Source: Myxococcales bacterium (GTDB lineage Bacteria; Myxococcota; UBA727; VGSZ01). Taken from it: a DNA stretch of 64,000 nt. The first letter of the stretch is position 1, and every line of letters starts with the position of its first letter. Of the stretch, positions 47,145 to 57,500 are shown one piece after another. The notes beneath the pieces are model-generated. The model did no database searches and was not told where the DNA came from. It saw only the letters and a program-made list of their open reading frames with translations. A program made the position numbers and the translations under genes. The stretch is taken from positions 43,370 to 107,369 of the forward strand of contig JAHFED010000012.1 of NCBI GenBank assembly GCA_023248635.1, given 5' to 3'.

Positions 47145-49376
47145 CTACGGCATCTCCGCGGCCCCGTCGGCGACATCGAGGCCTGCGGAATGGAAGGTCG
47201 ACGGCGCCGAGCTGCGCCGGTTGTTGACCCACGCCATCTCGTCGCCGCGGGTCACGGGGCTGCCGCCGACGTCGTAGGCATCGGTGCCGCCGACGTCCAA
47301 GAAGATGCCCGTGGTGGGACGGGTCTCTCGGATGTCGCCGGCAGCGATGCCGGGCAAGTCCGCTGCGGGAAGCGCGGGTTCGGCGACGGAGTGATAGGCG
47401 TCGTCGCCGCCGACGTTCACGAGCAGGCCCACGCCGTTGGAGTTGCCGGTGCCCAGCGAATGGTGGTGCACGTGGTAGGCATCGTCGCCACCCCGATCGA
47501 TGTGAATGCCGACGGCGAAGTCGTTTCCGATTCCTACTGATTCGGCGACCTGCAAGAGATTTGCATTGTATTGATCTGATCCAGATTGGTCTAGGAAAAT
47601 GCCGCTTGAAAAGTGCGCTGCCGCGCCCTGAACATAAAAGAATCCGTCATAGGTGTCGTCGCCGCCGGCGTCGCTGAGGATGCCGGTGCCGAACCAATAG
47701 CCGACGCCCTGCCCAAAGACCGAAGCCACGTAGATGTCGTCGCCGCCCTGATCGCGCAGCAGGCCCAGCCCGCCCGACATGTAGTGGCCTCCTTGGTCAT
47801 CACGCCGGCCAAAGCCTGCGCCTTGCACGAAGGAGCTGTTCGCCTGTCCGGGGATCTGGGGCGAGTAGTACAAAGGGTCGGTCGGCTCGGCGAAATACCG
47901 GTCGCTTCCCGCGCCACCGTCGACGAGAAAACCCGCTCCGCGCACGAAGCCGAAGCCCTGGGAGACGGTGTAGGTGCGGTATTCGTCGGCCCCGCCCGCA
48001 TCGAGGAGCAGGCCGATGCCGAAGACGCCAGCCCCCTGCCCTTCTGCCTCCAAGGCGTAGCGGTCGTCGCCGCCGGCATCATAGAGGACGCCGACCCCAA
48101 GGGCGCCAAAGCCCTGCGAGGCGCGCAGCGATTGGTAGTGGTCGGCTTCGGGCCCGAGGTCGAAGAGGAAGGCGATGCCGAGCGAGGCTGCTCCTTGCCG
48201 CAGGGCCGACGAATTGGTGTAGGGGCCGTAGTACTGCGAGGGCGCCACGCGGCCCGCGCCGTCGGAGGGCAGGCGCGCCCCATCGTTGGGATCGACCAGC
48301 TCGGGGTAGCCATAGGAATCAGCACCTCCGAGATCGATGGCGACGGAGACCCCGTGCTCGCCGTCCACCGTGGCGCCGATCTGGGCGCGGTAGACATCGT
48401 CGCCGCCGGTGTCGAGCAGGAAAGCAACCGCGCCGCCGCCGTCTTCGGGGGGCTCGAGGGTTTGGCTGCTGGCATCGGACACGATGATCGCTCCCAAGGG
48501 CGTGTCGGCCCGAAAGGAGAAGCCCTTTGATCCGGCATAGGCCGACAGGCCGGCGTGCTCGATCGCCAACGCGAGATCGGCGGCCCCTTGGTAGAGCAGG
48601 GCGTAGTCGAGACGATCACCCTGCAAGATCTCGAGGTAGAAATCGTCGACGGCGACGCCTGCTGGCATGGGCCACTGCGGCGTCGACGCGAAGGCCGCGC
48701 GGAGCTCTTCGTCTTCGAGCCGCCCCACCGCCTCGTCCCGCGCGGCAGCGGCCGTCGCCAGAGCGCGAAGCACCGGAACCAGCGCCCGCTGCAGCTCCAA
48801 GGGGACGTCGGCGCCGTCGGCGGCGAGGGCTGCGACGTCGGGTTGGGCACCGCGTGCGCGCGTCAATTCGGCCACGGCGTCGGCCAAGGGTTGGTCACCG
48901 GGGGGGATCGCCGCCGCAGCGGTGCAGCTTGCTGGCGCGTAGCCCAGACGAGAAGCGGCGGCCACGATCGCGCTGGCCACCGGGTGGGGGCCAGAAAGAG
49001 CGGCGTCGATCTCTGCCGTGAGGTTGCTCGCGAAGGGGACGGCGTTGAGGGGCGCCTTCCAAATGCGATCGTAGAAAGGAAGGCGCTCGGGATCGGCGAC
49101 GATGTTGGGGGGAAAGAGGGCCACGTCGCTGTCGCTGTAGCCGAGGGAGCAGCGGTCCAGGCCCGCCATCGCCAGCGCGTCGTCGAGGCGATCTGCCGTG
49201 GGGAGATGAACGCCTCTACAGGCCTCCGACTCCGCCAGCGCCTGGCCCTCATAGGCGGGCGTCGCGCACACAGCCTCAGCCGGCGCGCTGCTGGCCACGT
49301 CGTCGACGGCAGGGGTGCACCCATTTCCCAGGAGGATGCCGACGACGGCCCAAGAGATCTGCACAACCTTGGTCAT
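47145..49376 (-). CDS. Hypothetical lipoprotein with repeated QGxGxxxGxGxLxDxxGxDxY units
   Basis: Lipobox GNG-C; about ten D..G.D.Y repeats in the C-terminal half. Confidence 0.75.
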   Translation of the reverse strand: MTKVVQISWAVVGILLGNGCTPAVDDVASSAPAEAVCATPAYEGQALAESEACRGVHLPTADRLDDALAMAGLDRCSLGYSDSDVALFPPNIVADPERLPFYDRIWKAPLNAVPFASNLTAEIDAALSGPHPVASAIVAAASRLGYAPASCTAAAAIPPGDQPLADAVAELTRARGAQPDVAALAADGADVPLELQRALVPVLRALATAAAARDEAVGRLEDEELRAAFASTPQWPMPAGVAVDDFYLEILQGDRLDYALLYQGAADLALAIEHAGLSAYAGSKGFSFRADTPLGAIIVSDASSQTLEPPEDGGGAVAFLLDTGGDDVYRAQIGATVDGEHGVSVAIDLGGADSYGYPELVDPNDGARLPSDGAGRVAPSQYYGPYTNSSALRQGAASLGIAFLFDLGPEADHYQSLRASQGFGALGVGVLYDAGGDDRYALEAEGQGAGVFGIGLLLDAGGADEYRTYTVSQGFGFVRGAGFLVDGGAGSDRYFAEPTDPLYYSPQIPGQANSSFVQGAGFGRRDDQGGHYMSGGLGLLRDQGGDDIYVASVFGQGVGYWFGTGILSDAGGDDTYDGFFYVQGAAAHFSSGIFLDQSGSDQYNANLLQVAESVGIGNDFAVGIHIDRGGDDAYHVHHHSLGTGNSNGVGLLVNVGGDDAYHSVAEPALPAADLPGIAAGDIRETRPTTGIFLDVGGTDAYDVGGSPVTRGDEMAWVNNRRSSAPSTFHSAGLDVADGAAEMP

Positions 49377-49543
49377 GGGTGGCGGCTACTGCGGACCCAA
49401 CCCTTCCGCCACCGGCCAGAGCATCAGCCCATCGGCGGAGGGCGGCCAGGACCTTTCACGACGACGTCGTCACCGGCGGGGTTCACCGCGAAGGCATCGG
49501 CTGAGGGGACGACGACGTCGAAGCCTCAACGGTCTTCGTCGGC

Positions 49544-50653
49544 TCAGACGTTGAACTTGAAGTGCATGACGTCGCCGTCTCTGACGACGTACTCCTTGCC
49601 TTCGAGGCGCAACTTGCCGGCTTCGCGGCAGCGGGACTCACCGCCCAAGGCGACGAAGTCCTCCCACCAGATGACCTCGGCCTTGATGAAGCCGCGCTCG
49701 AAGTCGGAGTGGATGACGCCGGCGGCGCCAGGAGCCTTGGTGCCTTTGCTGATCGTCCAGGCCCGAACCTCTTTGACGCCGGCGGTGAAGTAGCTGGCGA
49801 GGCCGAGCAATTTGTAGCCGGCGTAGATGAGGCGATCGAGGCCCGACGACGTCATCCCGAGGCTGGCCAGGAATTCCTTGCGCTCTTCGCGGGGCAGCTC
49901 GGCCACCTCGGACTCGATCTTGGCGCAGATGGGCAACACCTGATCCTTGCGGGCGGCGGCGAAGTCGGTGAGGGCCTTGAGGTGGACGTTGTCGTCGACG
50001 CTCATGCCGCCTTCGTGGCAGTTGGCGACGAAGAGCGTGGGCTTGATCGTCAACAGATGCATGTCGTGCAAGACGCGGTTGTAGTCGTCGTCGAGACGGT
50101 CGTAGGAAAACGAGCGCGCGGGCTCGCCCTTGTCCATGTGCACCCGCAAGGCCTCGCAGAAGGGCAGCGCCTTCTTCTCCGCCGGATCACCAGCGCCCTT
50201 GGACATCTTGCGCGCGCGATCGACGCGCTTTTCGACTGCTTCGAGGTCGGCGAGGATCAGCTCGGTCTCGATGGTCGAGACATCGCGAACGGGATCGACG
50301 CGGCCGTCGACGTGGACGACGTTGTCGTCGACGAAGCAGCGCACCACATGGCAGATGGCGTCGGTGTCTCTGATGTGCGTGAGGAATTTATTCCCCAGGC
50401 CTTCGCCCTTCGACGCCCCCCGCACGATGCCGGCGATGTCGACGAAGCGGTTGGTCGCTGGGACGGTGCGCTCGGGGTGCACGATCTTGGCGAGAGCGTC
50501 CATGCGGGCGTCGGGGACCTCGACGATGCCGACGTTGGGCTCGATGGTGCAAAAGGGGTAATTGGCCGCCTCGGCGCGCGCCGACGACAGGCAGTTGAAG
50601 AGGGTGGACTTGCCGACGTTGGGCAGCCCGACGATTCCGCACGAAAAACCCAT
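49544..50653 (-). CDS. ychF: Redox-regulated ribosome-binding ATPase YchF
   Basis: GIVGLPNVGKSTLFN, ANYPFCTIEPN, DIAG, SKGEGLGNKFL, TGS domain ending DGDVMHFKFNV. Confidence 0.97.
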   Translation of the reverse strand: MGFSCGIVGLPNVGKSTLFNCLSSARAEAANYPFCTIEPNVGIVEVPDARMDALAKIVHPERTVPATNRFVDIAGIVRGASKGEGLGNKFLTHIRDTDAICHVVRCFVDDNVVHVDGRVDPVRDVSTIETELILADLEAVEKRVDRARKMSKGAGDPAEKKALPFCEALRVHMDKGEPARSFSYDRLDDDYNRVLHDMHLLTIKPTLFVANCHEGGMSVDDNVHLKALTDFAAARKDQVLPICAKIESEVAELPREERKEFLASLGMTSSGLDRLIYAGYKLLGLASYFTAGVKEVRAWTISKGTKAPGAAGVIHSDFERGFIKAEVIWWEDFVALGGESRCREAGKLRLEGKEYVVRDGDVMHFKFNV

Positions 50654-50720
50654 GATCGCGCGGTAGCAAGCCGATGCTCGTTGTTCCACCTGAACTTCGG
50701 GGGGGGGGAAAGACCAAACC

Positions 50721-51491
50721 ATGACGACGACGTCGACCGCGCCCACCTCGGCGGCCGCGCTGCGGGCCCACCTCGAGACCCTGCCCCTCGCGCAGGCCCT
50801 GATCGAGCACCTCAGCGCCCACCGCTTCCAGCGCGTCGTCGACGTCGCCGCCGCCCGCCTGCAGGGCATCACCGTGGTGATGGAGAACATCGCCGACGCC
50901 CACAACGCCTCCGCCGTGCTGCGCACCTGCGAGGGCCTGGGCATCGACACCCTCCACGTCGTCGAGCAGCCCAACAAGTGGGAGAAGAACAAGGCCATCT
51001 CCCGCTCCGCCGACGACTGGATCACCGTGCGCAAACACCAGGGCCTGGCGCGCTGCCTCGGAGATCTCTCCGCCGAGGCCTTCACCCTCTACGCCGCCGA
51101 CGTCGGCCCGGGCTGCGTGTCCGTCGCCGACGTCGACGTCAGCGCGCCGGTGTGCTTCGTCTTTGGCAGCGAGCACAGCGGCCTGAGCAAGAGGGCCAAG
51201 GCCCTGACCGATCGGCGCTTCACCGTCCCCATGCACGGCATGGTCGAGAGCTTCAACGTCAGCGTCTCCGCCGCGGTGGCCTTGTGGGAGGTGACCTCCC
51301 GACGGCGACGGCTGCTGGGCTCCGCCGGCGACCTCTCCCTCGAGCAGGCGACCACTCGTGCACTCCGCTTTCTGAAGCGCGCCGTGAAGAACCCCGAGCT
51401 GGTGGCCCGCCTCGAAAGCGAGCTGGTGTCGGGGGTCACGCCGCTTCAGGCTGGCCAAACAGAATCTCGCGACCCGGTCGAACCGCGGTGA
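50721..51491 (+). CDS. TrmH/SpoU-family RNA 2'-O-methyltransferase
   Basis: ENIADAHNASAVLRTCE, FGSEHSGLS, PMHGMVESFNVSVSAA. Confidence 0.9.
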   Translation: MTTTSTAPTSAAALRAHLETLPLAQALIEHLSAHRFQRVVDVAAARLQGITVVMENIADAHNASAVLRTCEGLGIDTLHVVEQPNKWEKNKAISRSADDWITVRKHQGLARCLGDLSAEAFTLYAADVGPGCVSVADVDVSAPVCFVFGSEHSGLSKRAKALTDRRFTVPMHGMVESFNVSVSAAVALWEVTSRRRRLLGSAGDLSLEQATTRALRFLKRAVKNPELVARLESELVSGVTPLQAGQTESRDPVEPR

Positions 51492-51533
51492 CGTCGACGT
51501 CGGAGACTTGTAGGGTGCCTTGGGAGTTGGCAC

Positions 51534-51723
51534 GAAGACGCTCCAGCGTCTTGAAGTTCGACGTTCAAGACGCTGGCGCGTCTTGAAGTTCTGCTGGTTC
51601 AAGACGCTGGCGCGTCTTGAAGTTCTGCTGGTTCAAGACGCTGGCGCGTCTTGAAGTTCTGCTGGTTCAAGACGCTGGCGCGTCTTGAAGTTCTGCTGGT
51701 TCAAGACGCTGGCGCGTCTTGAA
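51534..51723. repeat. 34-bp tandem array of 24-nt palindromes (5 exact + 1 degenerate)
   Basis: TTCAAGACGC-TGGC-GCGTCTTGAA at 51564, 51598, 51632, 51666, 51700, joined by identical GTTCTGCTGG; degenerate AAGACGCT-CC-AGCGTCTT near 51535. Confidence 0.95.
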
Positions 51724-51736
51724 GATCAGGAAGGTC

Positions 51737-52834
51737 ATGGTTGCTGCGGTCGCCCAGCGTGTCGAATCTTCCGCCTCGCCGGCGGTCGGCGGGGGTGCGC
51801 CGGCGATCCTTCCCCCCGCCCTCGTGCTGCGCCAACGCGCCGTCGTCGATCTGGTGGGCCAGGACGCCCTCGAACCGTCGACGGCCAGCTTTCGCCGGGT
51901 GCTCACCGCCGAGGTCGACCGGCTCTTTGATCGGGGGGTGCTGCCCCGGGTTCGCACGGTCTGGCCCGACGTCGACGCCGCGGGGTTCTTGGCCAAGTGG
52001 CGGGGCGGCTTCGAGCTCTATTGCTCGCTGGCGCTGTCGAGCATCGTGTGCTCGGCCCGACGGCCCATCGCCATCTCCATCGCCAGCCGCGTCTTTCGGG
52101 CCCTCGGCGTCGACGAAGAGGGCATCGCCTTCGTCGGCTTGCGCGTGGTGCCGCTGGTCTTTCGCGTGCTCGAGCGGGCCGCCTGCCAGCGGGCGGCCTT
52201 GGTGTCGGCGTGGATCCTGGTGCTCGACGAGGCCCTCGACGAAGGCTTGAACGCCGTCCCCCTGGCGCGGCGACCGCAGGTGCTGGCCGAGACCATGAGA
52301 GGAGCGCTCCCCGACGACGCCACTCCCGAGCTGAGGGCCGTGCACGTGCTGGGTGCGGCCATCCGGGCCTCGGTCCGAGACGCCGCCGATCAGGCCCACC
52401 TGGCCCGCGTCGTCGACGACGTCGAAGCCTGGGCTTGTGGCGAGGTCAAGAACCTCCTGGGTGAGCCCGATCCCCACGGCGTCTCCCACCGCACCATCGG
52501 CATCACCGCCAGCATGGATCTGCTCGGCTGGGCCGTCTCCAACTACGCCGGCGGCGTCGAGCACCAGTTCCTCTACCGCGTCGCCGAGCTCGGGCAGATG
52601 GTCGACGACTGGCTCGACCTCGACAAAGATCACGCCCAGGGACGCGTCACCCCCGCCACCGCCGGTGTGTGGAACCCCGAGACCATGGCCGCCTCCTACG
52701 CCGCCGCCGAAGCCCTGCTGCACCAGCTCGCCGACGAGGTCGGAGAACCCCAAGGCGCCTATCGGCGGCTGCTGGTGCGCACCTTTCGCGGGCAGGTGCA
52801 GCACATGGTGCGCTGTCTGGTCGCCAACCCCTGA
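51737..52834 (+). CDS. Hypothetical all-alpha protein, class I isoprenoid synthase/terpene cyclase fold candidate
   Basis: Two Asp-rich motifs LDEALDE and LGQMVDDWLD, followed by D...GR.T. Start uncertain. Confidence 0.6.
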   Translation: MVAAVAQRVESSASPAVGGGAPAILPPALVLRQRAVVDLVGQDALEPSTASFRRVLTAEVDRLFDRGVLPRVRTVWPDVDAAGFLAKWRGGFELYCSLALSSIVCSARRPIAISIASRVFRALGVDEEGIAFVGLRVVPLVFRVLERAACQRAALVSAWILVLDEALDEGLNAVPLARRPQVLAETMRGALPDDATPELRAVHVLGAAIRASVRDAADQAHLARVVDDVEAWACGEVKNLLGEPDPHGVSHRTIGITASMDLLGWAVSNYAGGVEHQFLYRVAELGQMVDDWLDLDKDHAQGRVTPATAGVWNPETMAASYAAAEALLHQLADEVGEPQGAYRRLLVRTFRGQVQHMVRCLVANP

Positions 52835-52839
52835 CGCTC

Positions 52840-53895
52840 TCAGCCTGAGAGACTCACCAGCGCCGTCGACGATGCTTCGACCAAGGCGTCGGGCGCGGCC
52901 ATCAAGGACAACGACGACGACCGGCCCTGCTGCACCCAAGCCCGCGCGGCCATCGCGATCATGACGGCGTTGTCGGTGCACAGCGCCTTGGGCGGCAGGT
53001 AGACTGCGACGTCGAGCTCCTGGCCTCGCCTCACGGCTTCACGGCGCAAGCGCGAGTTGGCCGCCACGCCGCCGCCGAGCACCAGGGTGTGAATCTGCAG
53101 CCGACGACAAGCGAGCAAGGCCTTGTGCAAGAGCATGTCGACGATGGCCTCTTGCACGCTGGCGCAGAGATCGGCGAGGCGTTGGCCCTCGAGGCGCTCC
53201 CCGCGCTTGAGGGCGGCGTCGACGTGCACGCGCACCGCGGTCTTCAAGCCCGAGAAGGAGAAGTCGTAATTGCTGCGGTCCCGCAACGAGCGCGGCATGG
53301 CGACGGCGTTGCAGTCCCCCTGCTGCGAGAGTTGGTCGATGACGATGCCGCCGGGGTAGCCCAGGCCGAGGAGCTTCGCGGTTTTGTCGAAGGCTTCACC
53401 GGCGGCGTCGTCCCGGGTCTGCCCGAGCAGCTTGGCGCAGCCGACGCCGTCGAAGCGGTAGAGCGCCGTGTGTCCTCCCGACACCACCAGGCCGATGAAG
53501 GGCGGCGGCGGCGACGCGGGATCAGCGGCGGCGGCCATCAGGTGTCCCTCGATGTGGTGCACGCCGACGAAGGGGCAACCCCAGCCCTGCGCCAGACCTT
53601 TGGCGTACCCCAGGCCCACCAAGAGCGCGCCCACGAGCCCGGGACCATAGGTGGCCGCGACGACGTCGACGGTGCCGACGCCGGCCAAGGCGTCGCCGAC
53701 GACGACGTCGATCTTCTCCAGATGCTCGCGGGACGCGATCTCGGGCACCACTCCGCCAAAGGGAGCATGGGCCTGGGTCTGGGAGTGGATCACCGACGAG
53801 AGGACGGACCCGCTGTCGATGTCGACGACGGCGGCGGCGGTCTCGTCACAGCTGCTCTCGATGGCGAGGAGAAGCCTCCGCCCAGCGGGGCTCAC
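52840..53895 (-). CDS. tsaD: tRNA N6-threonylcarbamoyladenosine transferase
   Basis: IESSCDETA, GGVVPEIASREH, GPGL, HHIEGH, VSGGHT, DDAAGEAFDK, SFSGLKT, GGVAAN, CTDNAVMI. Confidence 0.97.
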   Translation of the reverse strand: MSPAGRRLLLAIESSCDETAAAVVDIDSGSVLSSVIHSQTQAHAPFGGVVPEIASREHLEKIDVVVGDALAGVGTVDVVAATYGPGLVGALLVGLGYAKGLAQGWGCPFVGVHHIEGHLMAAAADPASPPPPFIGLVVSGGHTALYRFDGVGCAKLLGQTRDDAAGEAFDKTAKLLGLGYPGGIVIDQLSQQGDCNAVAMPRSLRDRSNYDFSFSGLKTAVRVHVDAALKRGERLEGQRLADLCASVQEAIVDMLLHKALLACRRLQIHTLVLGGGVAANSRLRREAVRRGQELDVAVYLPPKALCTDNAVMIAMAARAWVQQGRSSSLSLMAAPDALVEASSTALVSLSG

Positions 53896-54434
53896 GTCCG
53901 ACCGGGCACGGCCGCGAAGCGCGCCCGGGTCAGCGCCACCATGGCCGCGAGCACGACGACGAGGGCGGCGGACAAGAGGCCGGCGGGATGGGACCAGAGG
54001 GCGCGACCCTCGGTGCCAGCGACGATGATGATGTGCCGTCCGTCGAGGGCTACGACGGCGGTGGCGGCCAAGGCACCCACCCAAATGGGCGCGCGCGCCC
54101 ACTGCGGGCGATCGCGAGACGAGACGACGACGACGTGAAACATCCCCGTCACCGTGGTCAGCCCCGCACCCAGACCCACCAACAAGAGCAAGCCGAAGTG
54201 GAAACGCTCGTAGGCCACGCTGCCGTGGCCGATGAGGGCCCCGTGCAAGAACCACCCGCCCGAGTAGCGCAGCAACACCGCTCCGACGGGGGCGGTCACG
54301 AGGGCGACGGGCAGCAGCGTCAGCAGCAGCGACGGCCCCAACACTTCGCCTTCGGCGCGCATGCGCGGAAAGAGCACGAGCCCCATCACGGTGCCGTAGA
54401 CCAGATGCAGAACCAAAAAGAGCGGCAGCGTCAT
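53892..54434 (-). CDS. Hypothetical integral membrane protein (~5 TM), coupled to tsaD
   Basis: Hydrophobic segments throughout; stop overlaps the tsaD GTG. Confidence 0.75.
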   Translation of the reverse strand: MTLPLFLVLHLVYGTVMGLVLFPRMRAEGEVLGPSLLLTLLPVALVTAPVGAVLLRYSGGWFLHGALIGHGSVAYERFHFGLLLLVGLGAGLTTVTGMFHVVVVSSRDRPQWARAPIWVGALAATAVVALDGRHIIIVAGTEGRALWSHPAGLLSAALVVVLAAMVALTRARFAAVPGRT

Positions 54435-54468
54435 GCTTGGCCCATCAAGAAGCAGTCGGAAGGTCCCT

Positions 54469-54493
54469 GGCGACGACCTCGATCGTCGTCGCC
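54469..54493. terminator. Hairpin downstream of the MYXO-CTERM gene
   Basis: GGCGACGAC-CTCGATC-GTCGTCGCC 9-bp stem; no clear U-tract. Confidence 0.35.
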
Positions 54494-54557
54494 GCAGGCC
54501 TAGATGCTTTTCTCAGCCCCGTCATCGCCTTCCGTCAGCTCAGCACCTCGAGCGGGA

Positions 54558-57500
54558 TCAGCTCCGCCGACGGCGCCTCACCAGGGTCAACAACACCAGC
54601 GCGAGAGGCGTGGTTCCCGAGCCCCCCGAGCAACCAGGGCAACCGCTTGTGGGCGGCGCGCTGCCTGCGCTGACCTCGGCATCGACGCCCTCGCCTTCGC
54701 CTTCGCCTTCGCCCTCGCCTTCGCCCTCGCCTTCCCCTTCGCCGTCGACCTCTTCGCCTTCGCCTTCGCCTTCGCCTTCGACCTCCGCGCCTTCGCCTTC
54801 GCCGCCGCCGTCGTCTTGGTCATCCAGGTAGTCGGGAACGCCATCGCCGTCGCCGTCACCGGTGCCTTCATCGACGTCGGGGACACCGTCGTCGTCGCTG
54901 TCGGTGTCGATGGAATCGGGAACGCCGTCGCCGTCGGCGTCGCCCCTGCCTTCGTCGACGTCGGGGATGCCGTCGTTGTCGCTGTCGGTGTCGAGGTAGT
55001 CGGGGATGCCATCGCCGTCGCTGTCGACCGGCACCGGGCCCAGACCCCGCTCGATGCGGGTCGGGAGGTCGTCGTTGTCGTCGTCGGGGTCGTTGGGGGA
55101 CACGCGGCCGTCGCGGTCTGGGTCGAGGTCGAAGAGGGGCGGAGGCACGATGCACGGTGCGCAATTCCCGCCGCAATCGACCCCCGTCTCGTCGCCGTCC
55201 CGCACGCCGGTGTCGCAGCTCGGCGAGAAGCGGGAGATCGAAAGCTCGAATTCGCCCTTCGCCGCGGCCCCGAAGCCGTCGACGAAGACGTAGTAGGTGG
55301 TGCCGGCCAGGGCCTCGATCTGGACTTCGGAGGCCAGCGGCGATTGATGAGCAAAGGCGTCGTCGTTGCAGATGAGGTCGTCGTCGTCCGGCGCGCAGCG
55401 CGCCTTCACATAGAGCACGGAATCGAAGCTCGTGCCCGGGTTCACCAAGCTGATCGTCAGCGGGCCGCTGGCCGTCGGTGTCAGCGTGTAGGCGAGATCC
55501 TCGCCGCCCAGCGCTCCGCAGTCGCCATGGGAGTCGTCGCCGGCACCGGTCGTGTTTCCAAAGAAGGAGCCGGCGTTGATGAAGGCGGAGACGTCGCCGT
55601 CGACGATGCACTCGTCTCCGGGACAGGTTGCCGCGCACGATCCGCTGCAGTCGACGCCGTTTTCGCCGCCGTCCTGCTTGCCGTTGTGACAGCCGGTGGA
55701 GATCGCGATCTCGAATTCGCCGCTGGCGAAGAAGCCGTCGACGACGACGAAATAGGTCGTGCCGGCCTCAGCTTGCAGATCGACCTCGGACGCTTCGTCG
55801 GGGCCGTCGTCGTTGCAGGCCAGCTCAATGTCCGCCGGCGCGCAACCGCTGCGAACGTAGAGCACCGAGTCGTAGAAGGTGCCGGCGTCGGTGAGCCTGA
55901 TGGTCAGCGGACCGCTGGTGCGGGGGGTCAGCGTGTAGACGAGGTCGTCAGCGTCCTCGCCGCCGCAGCTGCCGCTCAGGTTGTTCCCCGCGCGAGCGGT
56001 GGTGCCCGAAAACGTGTCCCCGTCGATGAAGTCCGAGAGATCGCTCTCGACGGCGCAGAATCCGTCGCCGGGGGGTGGGTCGTCGATGCCCAGTCGTGGG
56101 TCGTCGCCGCCGGGGGGTGGCTCGTCGCCGCCCGGGGGGGGGTCGTCGCCGCCCGGTGGGGGGAGGGGGCCGTCGGGGCACGGTGGGCAGGTACCGCCGC
56201 AGTCGATGCCGCCGTTTTCGTCGCCGTCTTTCACACCATTTTCGCAACTCGCGGGGGGGCTCGAGATGGTCAGCTCGAAGTCGCCGCTGCCGTCGTAGCC
56301 GTCGATGATGACGAAGTACGTCGTGCCCGCCTCCACCTGGAGCTGAACCTCCGAGAGCCGCCCGAACACGTCGTCGTTGCAGGCGACGTCGCCGTCGCCG
56401 GGCGCGCAGCGGGTTCGCACGTAGAGCAGGGTGTCGTAGTTGGTGCCAGGGTTGACCAGGCTGATGGTCAGCAAGCCGCTGTGTGCTGGCGTCAGCGCGT
56501 AGGCGAGGTCCTCGACGTCGCCGCCGCCGCAGTCGCCCCGGTAGTCGTCTCCTGCACCCTCGGTCGTGCCAAAGAACGAGCCGGCGTCGATGAAGTCCGA
56601 AAGGTCGCCGTCGACGACGCAGAGGTCTTCAGGGCAGGTGGCCTCGCAGGGTCCGCTGCAGTCGACGCCGTTTTCGTCGCTGTCCTGCACGCCGTTGTGG
56701 CACCTCGGGGGAGAGCGAGAGATGGACATCTCGAACTCGCCTTGGCTGCCTCCAGCAGCGCTGGTACGTCCGTCGACGATGACGAAATAGGTCGTGCCCG
56801 CCTCGGCCTGGAAGTCGACTTCCGCCCCCGCATCCCCCAGCGCGTCGCTGTCGCAGGCCAGCTCGACGTCCCCGGGCAGGCATCCGCGCTGCACGTAGAG
56901 TAGGGCGTCGTAGTTGGTGGCCGGGTGGACCAGGCTGATGGTCAGCGGCCCCGTCCGTGTCGGCGTCAGCGCGTAGACGAGGTCCTCGGAGATCCCCCCG
57001 CCACAGTTGCCACCCATGTCGCTCCCGGCACCCGTGGTGTTGCCGAGAAAGGTGCCGGCCTCGATGAAGGCGGAGAGATCGCCGGCGATGTCGCCACAGA
57101 GGGGGAAACCCCCGCCGGCACCTCCGTCGCCCTCGCCCTCTCCCTCTCCCTCTCCCTCGCCCTCTCCTTCCCCTTCCCCTTCTCCTTCTCCTTCGCCTTC
57201 TCCTTCACCTTCACCTTCGCCTTCGCCTTCTCCTTCGCCTTCGCCCTCTCCTTCACCCTCACCCTCACCTTCCCCTTCCCCCTCGCCACGACACTGGGGT
57301 GGGCCGACGCCGCAGCGGATGCCGCCCACAAAAGGCACCGGACCACAGATCTCTTCGCCGTCGTCGACGCCGTCGTCGTCGCTGTCCCTGTCGTGCGGGT
57401 CCGTGCCGATCACCACTTCGTCGCAATCGCAGACGCCGTCGCCATCGTCGTCGCATTCGGTCTTGCCGAACTCGCTGCAGCCGTCGCCGTTGATCTGGTT

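Noticed and set aside
51534-51723. CRISPR array
   Set aside because: Linkers are 8-10 nt and identical rather than unique ~30-40-nt spacers; no cas genes in the window.
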